A stretch of DNA of 64,000 nucleotides from Octopus sinensis (taxonomy: Eukaryota). Position numbers and translations under genes: made by a program. The notes under the pieces are model-generated. The model was not told the origin of the DNA, made no database searches, and worked only from the letters and a program-made list of their open reading frames with translations. Position 1 is the first letter of the stretch. The number at the start of each line of letters is the position of its first letter. The stretch spans positions 105,896,001 through 105,960,000 of the forward strand of contig NC_042998.1 of assembly GCF_006345805.1 (NCBI RefSeq), written 5' to 3'. This document shows positions 23,876 through 36,692 of this stretch, piece by piece.

Positions 23876-24580
23876 GTGACATAACTGATCAGGTGTTTAG
23901 AAAAGTTCAGCATGTTTTGAATGAGAATGTATCACTTAAAATACAGGAGCAATTTTCCATTGCAATACATTGTTAGGTTTTGTTAAAGATAGTAACTCTT
24001 TGAAATTCCTAGGTTCCTTGTAATGTTGTTGTTTAGCACCAAGTAAGCTTTGTTCAAGCTGTTACATGATCAAATGTATTATAGCCATGACCATCCTGTC
24101 TGGTCTGGAATTTGTGTTTTTATTTGGTGGGAGCACTTTTCAGATATAAGGTCCTTAGGTCAAATATTATCTAATGATTATTTTTTAGACTGTACAGTGT
24201 GATTTGAGGGAATTCGATTGTTATTTCTAGCAGTCAGGTAACTGCATAGAAACTTCATCGTTGGTTCAAGGGTTCCTATTATGATACAATTAGGATGTAA
24301 TTTGATTGTTTTAGCAATTTTGGTTCATTCCAGGGAATACAACACAAGAAAGAAAATTATTCTTTATATATTCTGAGGAAGAAATACACAACTAGAATCT
24401 TTGCAGCTTGACTAGTGATATTAATGATAAAAGTGGTGTTAGATTGTAACTTTCTGTGAGTTGATACCTGTACATGAGCAGGAAGAGAGTTCCAGAGATT
24501 TTGGAAAAGAAATGGATCTGGGGTTTACAGTCTATGACAGCAGATTATGAGAGGTAGTGAATCAGGTATATTAGATTGTA

Positions 24581-24840
24581 TGGAGGCCTGTAGCTTTGTG
24601 GTCAGGGTGTTGGACTCCTAATCGTAAGATTGGAGTTTTGATTCTTGGACCAGGTGAAATGTTGAGCTCTTGAGCAAAACACTTCATTTCACATTGCTCC
24701 AGTCCACTCAGCTGGCAAAAATGAATAATCCTGCAACAGTCCAGCATCCTGCCCAGGTGGGGAATTTAAATGCTATGAAACTGGGAAACCAGCACTTATG
24801 AGTCGACATAACTCAAAAAGGTAACCTTTACTTTACTTTT
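24581..24840 (+). mobile_element. SINE-C group (tRNA head plus cttgagcaaaacactt..ttgctccagt..ctcagctg domain), diverged
   Basis: Similar head and central domain to 29517-29850 and 42246-42550. Confidence 0.7.
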
Positions 24841-25244
24841 ACTTATATTATATAGTTGGTGGTACATAGATGGCAGGTTCATATGAGTAAAAAGGCCAAT
24901 ACTATACAAGTAGCAGAGATAGATAAAACACACTACATGTTGGTGACTGAAGGTTTGCTTATCAGTCACTTGACCTTTTATTGTTTATGTAGTCCAGAAT
25001 ATTTACATGGAAGCAATTGCATCATCCCAGATAATAGAATAATATTTATTTTATTGAAAGCCATTCCTTTACTTTGTCGAAAGGTTAGGGTTAGTGATGT
25101 TGTTATTAGACTTAGCAGTTATGCAGAACTGAACTAGTTTCTTGCACTGAATAATAATAAATGCAGTCTTGACTATGATGTAGATCTGTCAGGTGATATC
25201 ACCATTGTAGCAATGTATACATTTATGTGTGCGTATGTATGTAC

Positions 25245-25535
25245 ATGGCTTGGTGGCCAGGATATTTGGTTCGCAATCATAAAGCTTTGAATTCGATTCA
25301 CGGCAGCATGTTGTATCCTTCAGCAAAGCTCTTTATTTCTCTTGGCTCCAGTTCACTTTTCTGGCAAAAATACGTTATACCTGTAATTCGAAGAACCAGT
25401 CTTGTTATATTCTGAGTCACGCTGAATCTCTCTGAAAACTACATTAAGGGTATGCTCAACCACTTGCACATTAATCTCATGGGTAGGCTGTTCTGGAACA
25501 CTCATCGTTGTAACCAGTGGAGAGCTATTTTATGT
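25245..25535 (+). mobile_element. SINE-C-related element, diverged
   Basis: Degenerate A/B boxes (tggcttggtgg, gaattcgattc) followed by the central domain. Confidence 0.55.
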
Positions 25536-25942
25536 ATGTATGTGCTTGTGTGTATCTGTGTGCATATATGTGTCGACACGTGTGTGTATGCATGTGTGTG
25601 CATATGTGTGTGTATATATATATGTATTTAATTAGAAGAGATAGCAAATATAGGGAAATAACAGTATTGGAGAATTGACTGATCCCTGAAATGCACATTA
25701 GTTAATTGAATGTAAGGTTATTAGCCACTGTCAATAAATGTGCTTGATGAAGAGAATGGTAAAGGTGGTTTCTATTGGATAATAAAGCCTGCAGAAAAGA
25801 AGCTCTGCTAAGAATTTGTCGTCATGCATGATTATTATCGTGATTTTCATTTCACTAAAGCTTTATCTTGTTGTCTATTACAATTCCATTCAGCTTGCAA
25901 TGGTGGGATTAAATAGTCTCATATGTATAAAAAAAAAATGGA

Positions 25943-26305
25943 TACTCTTTTACTCTTTTACTTGTTTCAGTCATTTGACCGTGGCCATGCTGGAGCACCG
26001 CCTTTAGTCAAGCAAATCAACCCAGAACTTATTCTTTGTAAGCCTAGGATTTATTCTATCAGTCTCTTTTGCCGAACCACTAAGTTACAGGGATGGGAAC
26101 ACACCAGCATCAGTTGTCAAGCGATGTTGGGGGGCGGGAGACAAACACAGACACACAAATACACACACATATATATACATATGCATATATACGACAAGCT
26201 TTGGTCGGCCCGAGGCTATAGTAGAAGACACTTGCCCAGTGGGACTGAACCCATGACCATGTGGTTGGTAAGCAAGCTACTTACCACACAGCCACTCTTG
26301 CGCCT
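25943..26305 (-). mobile_element. SINE-A with two internal deletions
   Basis: Aligns to other copies but lacks ~45 bp after the internal repeat and ~11 bp in the CORE-like part. Confidence 0.9.
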
Positions 26306-27039
26306 AGTTTATAAAAATAGAGATTGACACCAGTATTTGACTGGTACTTAATTTTATTGACCCCCTGATGAATGAAAAACAAAATTGACCTTGGTAGGAT
26401 TTGAACTCAGAAAATAAAGAGGTGTGACTAAATATCATCAGATATTTTATCTGACATTCTAACAATTCTGCAAATGATGATGATTATAATGATAATGATG
26501 ATTCTATTGTGGTTGCTAATGTTGTTGCTATTTATTCTATTAATGCTGTTGGTATTGTTGCTGTCGTTGTTATCATTACTATTACTGCTGTTGCTATGGA
26601 TATTATTCGAGAAACAGGAAAGTAATAAAAGCCACTTAACAATGTAAAGCTTGGTGAAAAACAGAAAAAAGGAATAAAATTTATTCAAAATTTCTGCTTT
26701 AATAAGTTCTAAACTCAAGGTTGAAATTTTTGAAATGAGACATAAGCTGTAAATAACAACGAAACCATTGAAGAAATTTTTACATATTTTATTTATTTAT
26801 TTTTGTTTATTTTCATTTATTTTTATTTATTCATTAATTTTTTTTTCCAGTTCAAGATTAGGGCTTGTTAATGTTGAAACATTGAATGAATTTATTTTTC
26901 TCCAACTTTGCATTGTTAATTGGCTTTTATTAACTTTCTATCTCTATACAGAAACAACAATACTTCAAGTAAATTATGAATTGTTAATATTGTTATCATT
27001 GTAGGTTTCGATATTTAATTTATTGTTGACTTTTTGTTG

Positions 27040-27630
27040 TTATCGCTGTTGTTGTTGTTGATGATGATAGCAGCAGTGATGTTGGCAGTAACATGACAGA
27101 CAGCAAAAGTAGGACTTGTTCCTCATGATGATGATGATGATGCAAAATAGAAACTATTCAGTTAATTTGGGTTTTTTTCATAACCATCATTATCGCTGAT
27201 ACCATCACAGCAATACCCAACCACCAACAATACAACCACCAACACTGACACCACCACTACCACCACCGACACAACTAACATCACAACCAACATCACTACC
27301 AGCACACCATTAACACCACCACCAACACCAACACTAAAACCACCACTAACAGCACCACCACCAACACCACCACCATATAACTCATGTCACCATTTCTCAC
27401 TTCTAGAATCACCAACATTAACATCACCACAACTAGCATTACAGCAATGACCAGCACCGACTCTACAACCACAGCAACCATCACAAAAAGATTACCATCA
27501 TAACTGCAAATACCAACCACCACTACAATCTCTGCTATAAACACAACCACCACCACCACTGCCGCCACAACCACTGCTTCCACCACTATAATCATTGCCA
27601 CAGCTACTGGCATCACCAAAATCATTTAAT
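27040..27630. repeat. Degenerate (GTT/GAT) then (CAC/CAA)n trinucleotide low-complexity tract
   Basis: Direct inspection. Confidence 0.8.
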
Positions 27631-28079
27631 ATTCAACACTCATCCCACCCATGACCCTCACCTTCCTTCCATATACCTACCTCTACGATATAAATACAGC
27701 TTTCTCTGTAAGCCAGCTAAAGAGAGAGCATCTATATAGCTACACAATTTGCTAGAAATGGTAACCAATGCTCCTGAGAATTATATTCTACCATCAGAAG
27801 TATAATAAATGACACATGGAGTCCTAAATATTTTAGAAAAAAGGCGAGATGGTCATGGCTGGAAACCCCTTGACCATAGGCCCATTCAGTCAGGTAAGAC
27901 TGGAGCTTATTTAATCTCCATTAAAGGCATAAATAAGGTGCAGTAGGCAGCTAAATATAAACATGTAATGGAATATGTCCACAAGCAATGGAACATAGTA
28001 CAATCAAGTACACTGTAACACAGTACAATACAATAGAATATACAGTACAGTATTGTCAGTATAATGAGTGCAGGTTGAG

Positions 28080-28587
28080 CACCTGTGCTGGTGCAGCCAA
28101 GAGAATACCCTCCATCAGGCATTTGCCATATTCTGAACGCCTTACTTCCCTGGGCTTGGATACATTGAAACTCCGACGTCTGGCAGGTGACTTGGCAGAC
28201 ACCCATAAAATGATTAGCCATCTTACAAACAATAACTCTGAGCACCTTTTCAAACTCCACCTGTCTAACACCCGTGGACATGTTTACATAGTCAGAAAAT
28301 AGCACAGCTTCCATGACTTTCGGAAACACTTTTTCACGCTAAGAGTTGCTGAAGTATGGAACAAACTGCCAGCATCAGTTGTTAGTTGTCGGAGCACTGT
28401 ATCCTTCAAAACTTCCATGCTTCCTGAGATTCGCCAACGCTACACCTGATTTTTTCCCCTTCATACACATGCAAGCATGTATCTGACTCATACACTGTTC
28501 ACTTTCCAGACATTTGTACATTACTGCATATTCTTTATACGCACTTTTGACAAGTTGTGGTGCACCTGAGCACTGTATACAATAATT

Positions 28588-28625
<38 letters not shown>
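28080..28625 (+). mobile_element. CR1-type LINE 3' end with (ATT)n tail
   Basis: AAKRIPSIRHLPYSERLTSLGLDTLKLRRL.GDL..THK..NTRGHVY..RKHFFTLRVAEVWNKLP. The same 3' UTR occurs at 54520-54822. Confidence 0.9.
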
Positions 28626-28633
<8 letters not shown>

Positions 28634-28880
28634 AAAGCACCTGTACTGGTGCTGTGTAAAAAACTCCCATGCTGGTGCTACATAAAACAACTGCAGTACG
28701 CTCTGTAAAGTAGTTGGTGTTAGGAAGGAAATCAAGCCATAGAAATCATGCCAAAACAGACAACTGGAGCCTGGTGCAGCCCTCCAGCTTGCCAGATCCT
28801 GTTGAACACACCGGCCTATGCCAGAATGGAAAATGGATGCTAAGCAATGATGATGATGATAATGATGATGATGATGATGA
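28626..28880 (+). mobile_element. RTE LINE 3' UTR fragment with (GAT)n tail
   Basis: ggtgttaggaagg..ggagcctggtgcagcc..gatgatgat. Confidence 0.75.
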
Positions 28881-29047
28881 TGACGATGACGAAGACGACG
28901 AAGACGACGACAATGGTGGTGGTGGTGGTGGTGGTTGTGGTGATGGTGATGGTGGTGATGATGATGATGGTGATGATGGTGATGATGGTGATGATGATGA
29001 TGATGGTGGTGATGATGATGATGATGGTGAGGATGATGATGATGATA
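28845..29047. repeat. (GAT)/(GAC)/(GGT)n trinucleotide tract
   Basis: Direct inspection; source of the poly-His and poly-Asp ORFs. Confidence 0.95.
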
Positions 29048-29990
29048 TAGCACAGTAAAGTGTAAGACTGCACAGTGCAGTACTATAAAGGAGACTGCAG
29101 TATAGCATAGCAAAGTACAATAAGCAGAGTACAGAATAATATAGTACAGTAATGTACAAAACAAAAGAATGCAATATAGTGTAATGGTGTACATTGAGTA
29201 GAGTACAATATAACAGAGTATTGTATAACACAAAACATTACAGTACTGTTACAAACCATGCAATGTAATGCAGTGTTGTACAGTAAAATTCTATGTGATG
29301 CAGTACAGTATGTTGCAGTACAATTCAATGCAGTGTAATACAGTACAGTACTTTAAGTACAGTAGAGTAGATACTGTACACTATGCACGGTGCAGTATAA
29401 TATAGAGCTGGAAAGTATGACACAGAACTGTAAAGAAGAATGTGGTAGAAGATAGTATAGTACAATACAATGCAGAACAGTATATTACTGGATTAAACAG
29501 TACATTATAATGAAGTTGAGACCCTCTTCGGTCATGACTGACCATGGGATTGCACCTAGATTACCCTCCAAGACACAAGTCTGGGCAAGGTTGTTTATGG
29601 AAGACCAGCAGTTGCCCATGCATACAGGCCTTCCATCTCTATGTCACCAGTTTTATCCAAGGGAAAGGGAAAGGGGCCAATACAGCTTGGCACCTGTGAT
29701 GTCGCAACTCATTTCTACAGCTGAGTGAACTGGAGCAACGTGAAATAGTGTCTTACTCAAGAACGCAACACACAGCCCGGTCCAGGATTTGAACTCACAA
29801 CCTCACGATCATAAGCTCGAGGCTCTAACTACTGAGCCATGTGCCTTCACATAATGAAGTACAGTACCACATAATGTAGTATGGTAGAATGTAGTTCAAT
29901 AGAATACAGTACAATATTGTACAATATATTAAAGTACACTACACTGCTGTTCAGTACTTTACAAAGCAATATAATACAGAACAATGCAGT
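29048..29990. repeat. Degenerate pentanucleotide satellite (RYAGT/ATACA-like), interrupted by SINE-C
   Basis: 5-bp periodicity (cagta, caata, tagta). The same repeat occurs at 27990-28065. Confidence 0.75.
29517..29850 (-). mobile_element. SINE-C, full length, with 10-bp TSD
   Basis: Head gtgaaggcacatggctcagtagttagag (A box), gagttcaaatcc (B box). TSD ATAATGAAGT at 29507-29516 and 29851-29860. Confidence 0.9.
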
Positions 29991-30194
29991 ACGGGCTGCC
30001 ACTTCCTTGGCACCTGGGCAAGAATTCCTAGCATTGCCCCCACTCACTACCACAAACATAGACCATCAAATTCAAAACAATTGTGTTTCACAAATAAAAC
30101 TTAACCTAATCAACCCATTATTTGTTTTTTTTTTACATCCATTGACCCCTTTTGGCTACCTGATTATCACCTCACTTTTCTTCAACGCCCTACC

Positions 30195-30250
30195 TGGATC
30201 TTTCCACATCCCCCAAGTGGGCAGTACTACCCACTTTGGAAACCACTGGT
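30195..30250 (-). mobile_element. Possible solo hAT-type terminal sequence
   Basis: ..cccactttggaaaccactg reads CAGTGGTTTCCAAAGTGGG on the minus strand, typical of hAT TIRs. Partner end not found. Confidence 0.4.
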
Positions 30251-30289
30251 GTAGACCATCACAAGGTCCAGTCCTTGTTGTGATGTGAT

Positions 30290-30480
30290 GGTTTGTATAT
30301 CTCAATGACCCTGAAAGTTATACTAGGGAGCACAAGTTCCTTATAGGCCCTCCCATACTGAACAAGTCAAAAGGTAGAAACCAGACTATTATGGATCACC
30401 TCTTCCTAGAAGCAAAAGTGGGTTTGCATAGGGCCAACAGCCACATCTAGAGAAAAACTAAGTTACAGAAACATCAATGA
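30290..30480 (+). mobile_element. Possible RTE-type LINE 5' UTR remnant
   Basis: ctcaatgaccctgaaagttat..aaaggtagaaaccagac..gggtttgcatagggccaacagcc..aaaaac..gttacagaaac resembles RTE 5' UTRs as I recall them; not verified. Confidence 0.4.
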
Positions 30481-30964
30481 TAATTCAAAACCATCAAAAC
30501 TTGGGGGAGGAAAGCTTTCCTCCAAAGGAACAAATGAGGGGCCCTGATAACCCAGAGTCAAGATCAGTAGAGAGAAGTCATCAATGGCCTATGTTTTGTA
30601 GGGAGCAAAGGGCTTAAGTAAAGTAACTACAATATTGTATGGAGTTAATGTATTGATACTGCATTAGGTTCTGACAGTTTGATAATTGTGCTGCAGAAGT
30701 ATTGGTGATGTTGTTGGTGTAGTAATGACGCTGAAGCTCTATCAATAGTGTTTATTGGATATTAGTGATGCCAATAATTTATTAGGGACTTTGAAAGTCT
30801 TGTGATGGGCTTTATGGTGTATTAGTAATGCTACTGTTGATGTTTAACTCCAAGTCAATTCATTCAAGAATGATCAAAGGCATTCCAGCCATGATCATCT
30901 CCATTATAGTTTTTTTTAAGGCATAGTATATCTGGGAATATATCATTTAATGTATTCTTTCCTT

Positions 30965-31191
30965 AAGGCAGCAAGCTGGCAAAATCATTAGTATAGTGGG
31001 CAAAATGCTTAGCAGCATTTCGTCCAACTTTATGTTCTGAGCTCAAATTCTGCCGAGGTCAACTTTACCTTTCATCCTTTGGAGTGGTGGGGGGTCAATA
31101 AAATAAGTACAAGTTGAACACAGGGGTCAATGTAATCAATTTAACACCCTCATTAAAATTTTCTGGCCTTATGCCAGAATTTGAAACCAAT
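30965..31191 (+). mobile_element. SINE-B, full length, diverged
   Basis: aaggcagcaagctggca head, ctgagctcaaattc, cctttcatcc..aataagtac, tail gaaacca. Confidence 0.85.
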
Positions 31192-32687
31192 GTGTTCTTT
31201 CCTTCTTCCTGACTACATATTTGAAAGAAATTTAGCTTCTATTTCTTGCAAATCAAACAACCAATTCAAAGCCTTTCAGAGGCTTATAGCATATTGCTGC
31301 CTTTGTTGTTGTTCAGTTTCAAGTCAGTTCTAACTGGACAGATCTACAACCAAAGATGATGCTGCTATGCTTATCTCATCTTACTTTTAAGATGATAGTA
31401 TGCAATTTCAGGACATATTCAGCTGGAATTTCTAGTGTTTAAAGTGACCTATTAAATGAGCCCTTGTTGGCCTCAAGATATATTGTTGTTGTTGCTGTTG
31501 ACGTCCTTAGCACAGTTATTGTTGTTGTTGCTGTTGCTGCTTATTAGAAATGCTGTAATTAATAGTGATGTGGAGAGGCTGTTGTTGATGCTGATGGTAG
31601 TGGTGTTGGTGGTGGTGGTTTTGGTGGTGGTGGTGGTGATGGTGTTGGTGGCATTTGGTGGTAGAACATTTATTGATGCTTTTCAATGTGCTATGAATGA
31701 GGATTATGATGATGATGATAATGATGCTCTTCATACTAAGGAAGCATAGTATTCTATGTGTTACTGTTATTATTGATTTCTACTACAGGGCACAAGGCCT
31801 ATTTATTTGCTTATTTTTTTCGTAATTGATTCTTTGAAAGTCTTTACCATTTTGTAATGTATTCTTGTGATGTTCCCCTCCTCCATTGCCCTTGTGGCAA
31901 ATGGAAGATTTTTATCATCATCACCTTCATCATTCTCTTCATCATCGTCATCCTCATCAAAATTAGTGTTGTTATTATTGTTATTGTTGGGGGCTGCTGT
32001 TGTTGCTACAGTTGTTGTTCTTGTTATTGATATTGTTGTTGTTGCTGTGAGTGATGAAACAAGGGTTAGTTTTAATGGGGAAGGAGAATTGTAAAGGTTA
32101 TTATAAGTGATGGTAAGATGCGCAATGGAGAAGAATGTCAAAGGAAAGAATAAAAAGATTAGGAATAAAAAGGAATAGATATTAGAAAGAAAGAACAAGA
32201 AAAATCTTAAGATAAGAAGGAAGGAGATAAAAAAAGAGAAGAATGCCAACAAAGAAAGGGAGTAAAATAAAGACAATGAAAGAATGAAGGAAGAGAGGGA
32301 GAAAAATGAGGGAAAAGGAAAAATGAAGAAGAAAATAGACAACATGTCTAAAATTCTCTATTGATGTTGCTGTTGCTTAAATGAAAGGAAAAAGAACCCC
32401 TAAAAATTCACAAAAAGTGCTTGCCATTTTGAAGTGTCTTTAACATTTCAAATTGAAAACAGAAAATGGAATAAAATATTTAGAATAAAAAAAAACCACA
32501 AAAGTAATTTGTACCGATTGCATTCATCACAAAATCATGTTCCCCTTTTGATAAGAGAAAAGTTATGGGCTAGTATTTTCCACTGTACTGGTCCAAAGCA
32601 CTTTGAAAATAAATGAAATAATTTCCATAAAAATGTTACTTAACTCTCAGCAGATGGTAATTTCATTTCAGTATTATAACCATTATT

Positions 32688-32910
32688 AAGGCAGCAAGCC
32701 GGCAGAACTGTTAGTGTGCAGGACAAAATGTTTAGCAACATTTCATCCATCTTTATGTCATGAGTTCAAATATAACCTAAGTCAACTTTGCCTTTTATCC
32801 TTTTGGAGTTGATAGAATAAGTACCAAGCAAGTGCTGGGGTCAATGCAATCAAATTCTTCCTCCCCTCAAAAAACTGTGGGCCCGGTACCAAACCTGGAA
32901 ACCATTATTA
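32688..32910 (+). mobile_element. SINE-B, full length, diverged
   Basis: Collinear with 30965-31191. Confidence 0.82.
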
Positions 32911-33127
32911 TATAATTATTAATATTCTAATGATTTTTCATCTAGTGATTTGGCATAATTGTTACAGCAACAGACAAAATGCCTTGTGGTATTTCTTACA
33001 TTATTTACAAATCAAAGTTCAAATCCTACTAAGGTTAATAAAGTAGCAGTCAAATAGTGGGGTTAATGTGATTGACTCAACATACTTGCCAAATTTCTAA
33101 TCTCAAGCCTCTGTTAAAAACAATTAT

Positions 33128-33541
33128 AGGCATAGGAATGGCTGTGTGGTAAGTAGCTTACTTGCCAACCACATGGTTCTGGGCTCAGTCCCACTGTGTG
33201 GCACCTTGGGCAAGTGTCTTCTACTATAGCCTCGGGCTGACCAAAGCCTTGAGAGTGGATTTGGTAGACAGAAACTGGAAGAACCCCGTCGTATATATGT
33301 ATATATATATATGTATGTGTGTGTGTATACGTTTGTGTGTCTGTGTTTGTCTCCCCACCCCCACCCCAACATCGCTTGACAACCAATGCTGGTGTGTAAC
33401 GTCCCCGTAACTTAGCAGTTCAGCAAAAGAGACTGATAGAATAAGTACTAGGCTTACAACGAATAGTCGATTTGCTCAACTAAAGGTGATGCTCCAGCAT
33501 GGCAACAGTCAAATGACTGAAACAAGTAAAAGAGTAAAAGT
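33128..33541 (+). mobile_element. SINE-A, full length
   Basis: Head aggcataggaatggctgtgtggtaag to tail gtaaaagagtaaaag. Confidence 0.92.
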
Positions 33542-34039
33542 GTATATTATGTTAGAGACAATTTGGCAATATCCTTAGAGCTTCAGACAAAATACCATGT
33601 AGTAATTTGTTGCTGCACTTTACATTCTAAGATCAAACTCTACCAAGGTCAACTTTGCTTTTTATCTTTCTGGGTCAATAAAATAAAGCACCATTCAAGT
33701 ATTGGAGGTAATGTAATTGATAAGTCTGCCTCCCTTCAAGCTTGATCCTAAACTGAGAACAACTGAGGGCAGTGAATAAACTAATAAACTCCGAGTCAAA
33801 TTCCTATGGGGCCTCTTCTGTGGGCCTCTGTACAGCAGGTCTGGAGGGTGTACATAATATAGATGACATTTTCACATGGTTAGACATACCTCCACAGAAG
33901 ACTGGAAGTGAGAGACTCTGCTTGAGTGATTGGGATTTTTCTTAATGACTACCCTGTGAAGTCAAGGCATGGAGAGAGAAACACACATGTACATACATGC
34001 ACACACATGCACATACATATATATATATGTATATGTATA

Positions 34040-34161
34040 AATATATGCATGCATGCATACATACATACATACATACATACATACATACATACATACATAC
34101 ATACATACATACATACATACATACATACATACATACATACATACATACATACATACATACA

Positions 34162-34192
<31 letters not shown>
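34040..34192. repeat. (CATA)n microsatellite
   Basis: Near-perfect run. Confidence 0.97.
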
Positions 34193-34193
<1 letters not shown>

Positions 34194-34196
34194 CAA

Positions 34197-34372
34197 TAGA
34201 CTTCATTTAGTTTCCATTTACCAAATCCATTCACAAGATTTTTATCAGTCTAGAGCTGTAGTGGAAAAATGGTAAAAACTCTTGCTCAAGGAGCTACACA
34301 ATGGGGCTGAACCTAAAATCATGTGATCAGGAAGCAAATCTCTTAACCAAACAGTTATGCTTCTGCATAATT
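34197..34372 (-). mobile_element. SINE-A 5' half, diverged
   Basis: Head and CORE-like segment ending at the (CATA)n array. Confidence 0.7.
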
Positions 34373-35149
34373 CCATCTATTTGTAAAAAAGAAAGAAAAA
34401 CAATCTTAGGAGTTCCCCACCATAACCATACCCTGGAGGATCTGAAAAGAGTAAAAAAGTTAATTATTATAGCAAAGGAATTAAATACTAGAATTGAATT
34501 GTTTGTAAACCTCAGCAGGATTTGATCTTTGAAAGCCTGCTGAAGCCTGCTGTTTCTTCATTAGTCATCTGTTTTATTTAGTCAATCCATTTAGTTTCCT
34601 CTTAAAGCAACATCTAGAGAAGGAAATGACAAATTAACTAAATTTGGTGGATAGTTTGAAGTGAAATTTATGCCATAATTAGATCTGACCTGAAAAAGTT
34701 AATATTTGCAGGTAAAAAAAATTAACCTTGATTTGGGAATGTGGAAGTATGATGCTATCCAAATCTATCCAGCTCATGCAATTATGTGTATAATGTTGTT
34801 GATACTAATACTTCCTTCATTAAGTATTTATTTTGGCATTACGAATGAGGCATGGTGTGTTTTTGTTTATATTTGCACAAGACCACAATGATTAAATATA
34901 TTTCTAAATTTGCAAAATTTATGTAACATAATTGCTAATATATTTCAAATTACAGAAAATGCTGAAATTTTTTTATCATGTTATCATAGTATCCAATATT
35001 ATAGAGTTCTTTAAATATTGATTTGTAGAGAAAATTATGAGAACAAATTGCTTTTATACTGATTCATGAACGCTTTTTAGTTGTTAACTATTCAAAATAT
35101 GTATAATATTCTTTTCAGATAATTTGACTAATATCCCTTTCTTGCTTGC

Positions 35150-35790
35150 TTTGTACATATTTTATAATTCTGGGTTATTGGTCCCCAATTTTAATAACTT
35201 AGTTTTAATTATTCAATCACTAATTTTTAGCTACTCATTTTAACTACTACGAGATAAAATTAATAACTGGCTAAGACTACCATTTTTAAGTTAAAATTAT
35301 TAATTTTAACTGCTCAATCATTACTCTTAACTATTCAACTGATTGAGCAGTTTTACCTACTCGGTCTTAATTACTCAATTCTTACTTTTAATTAGTCACT
35401 GATTTTAGTTACTCCATCTTAATTACTCAGTTATAAATTTTAATTCCTCAGGCAATATTATTTTAACAACTCAGTGATTAATTATAGTTACTCAGTCATC
35501 ATTACTCAGTCACTAATTTTAATTACCCAGTCTTGATATCCCAGTCAGTAATTTAAACTTCTGAGTCTTAATTGCTCAGTTTTCAATCTTAACTTCTCGA
35601 TCATAGTTATTTAGTCTCTAATTTCAGCTAGCCAGTCTTTATTAGTTAATCATTAGTTTTAACTAATTTTAATTACTCAGTCTCTAATTATAATTAATTA
35701 TCACTATTTAGTTAGTCAGTCATTATTTTTAATGACTCAATTCTAATTATTTAGCCATTCGTTTTGACTGCTCACTTTTAATTATTCACA
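35150..35790. repeat. Degenerate AT-rich minisatellite, core TTAATTACTCAGTC
   Basis: Dozens of imperfect copies with variable spacing. Confidence 0.75.
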
Positions 35791-36239
35791 AATTTCTACT
35801 TTAATTTTCTTAAAGCCTATATATAAAAAGTAATTTGAGTTAAGCATCACTGCTGGGATTAAAAATCTGGAGTAAATGATTGGATAAAGTGTTTACGAAT
35901 GGAAAAATTTGAAAGTGAACTCATTGCTGTTGCTCTGATGAGAAAGTGATTAATCATAGATGCAGCAGGATAGGTGGACATTAAACAATGATGATGATGA
36001 CAGCATGGCTGTGTGTTTAAGAAGTTTGTTTCCCAACCAGATAATTTCAGATTCAGTTCAACTGCAAATCTGTGATTAGAAGTATTATAGCTGAGACCAT
36101 CCTGTATGAAGAATACAAAACATGTTCGGAATTTATTTTATTGAGACTCTGGTATGAAGGGAATTCAGAATGTAGAGATATAAAACTCTGGTTTTATGAG
36201 TTCTGGGGTTCAGGATAAACTTAACCCTAAGTAAGGATG

Positions 36240-36692
36240 AGCTTTGGTTATCAGCTATCATTAACTGAGATGGCAATTTTGAGAAGGGCTGAGTGAGCAA
36301 TGGTGAGGGAAATGTGTAGTGTGAGGCTGTTTGATAAGAGGAGAACTGAGGACTTGATGGGGATGCTGGGGTTAGAGGAATCAGTGGAACAGCTGGCAAG
36401 GGCAAATGGAGTGCGGTGGTATGGGCATGTGTTGAGGAAGGATGAGGAGCATGCTCTGAAGAGGGTGCTAGAGTTTGAGGTAAATGGACAGTGAAAGCAA
36501 GGTAGACCGAGGAAAATGTGGAGAGGATAGGTGGAGGAAGAGATTGGGAGAGTTGGCTTGAGAAGGGAGGATGCCCAAAACCAGGCAAGATGGTGAGATG
36601 GTGTAAGGGTGGTTGCTATGGCATTTAGGTAGATCTGGCCACCTCCGTCAATGGGGATAAAACTTGGATTCAAAATGATGGATGATGATGAT
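36240..36692 (+). mobile_element. RTE LINE 3' end (second family) with (GAT)n tail
   Basis: EMAILRRAE..MVREMCSVRLFDKRR..LGLEE..ANGVRWYGHVLRKDEEHALKRVLEFEVNG...GRPRK.W. Confidence 0.88.

Noticed and set aside
27296-27625. Val-rich (minus) or mucin-like Thr-rich (plus) reading
   Set aside because: Degenerate (CAC/CAA)n repeat with no supporting gene structure.
28535-29233. 232-aa His-rich ORF and overlapping Asp/Ser-rich ORFs
   Set aside because: Made of a (GAT/GGT)n tract plus pentamer satellite and TE tails; no splice or codon evidence.
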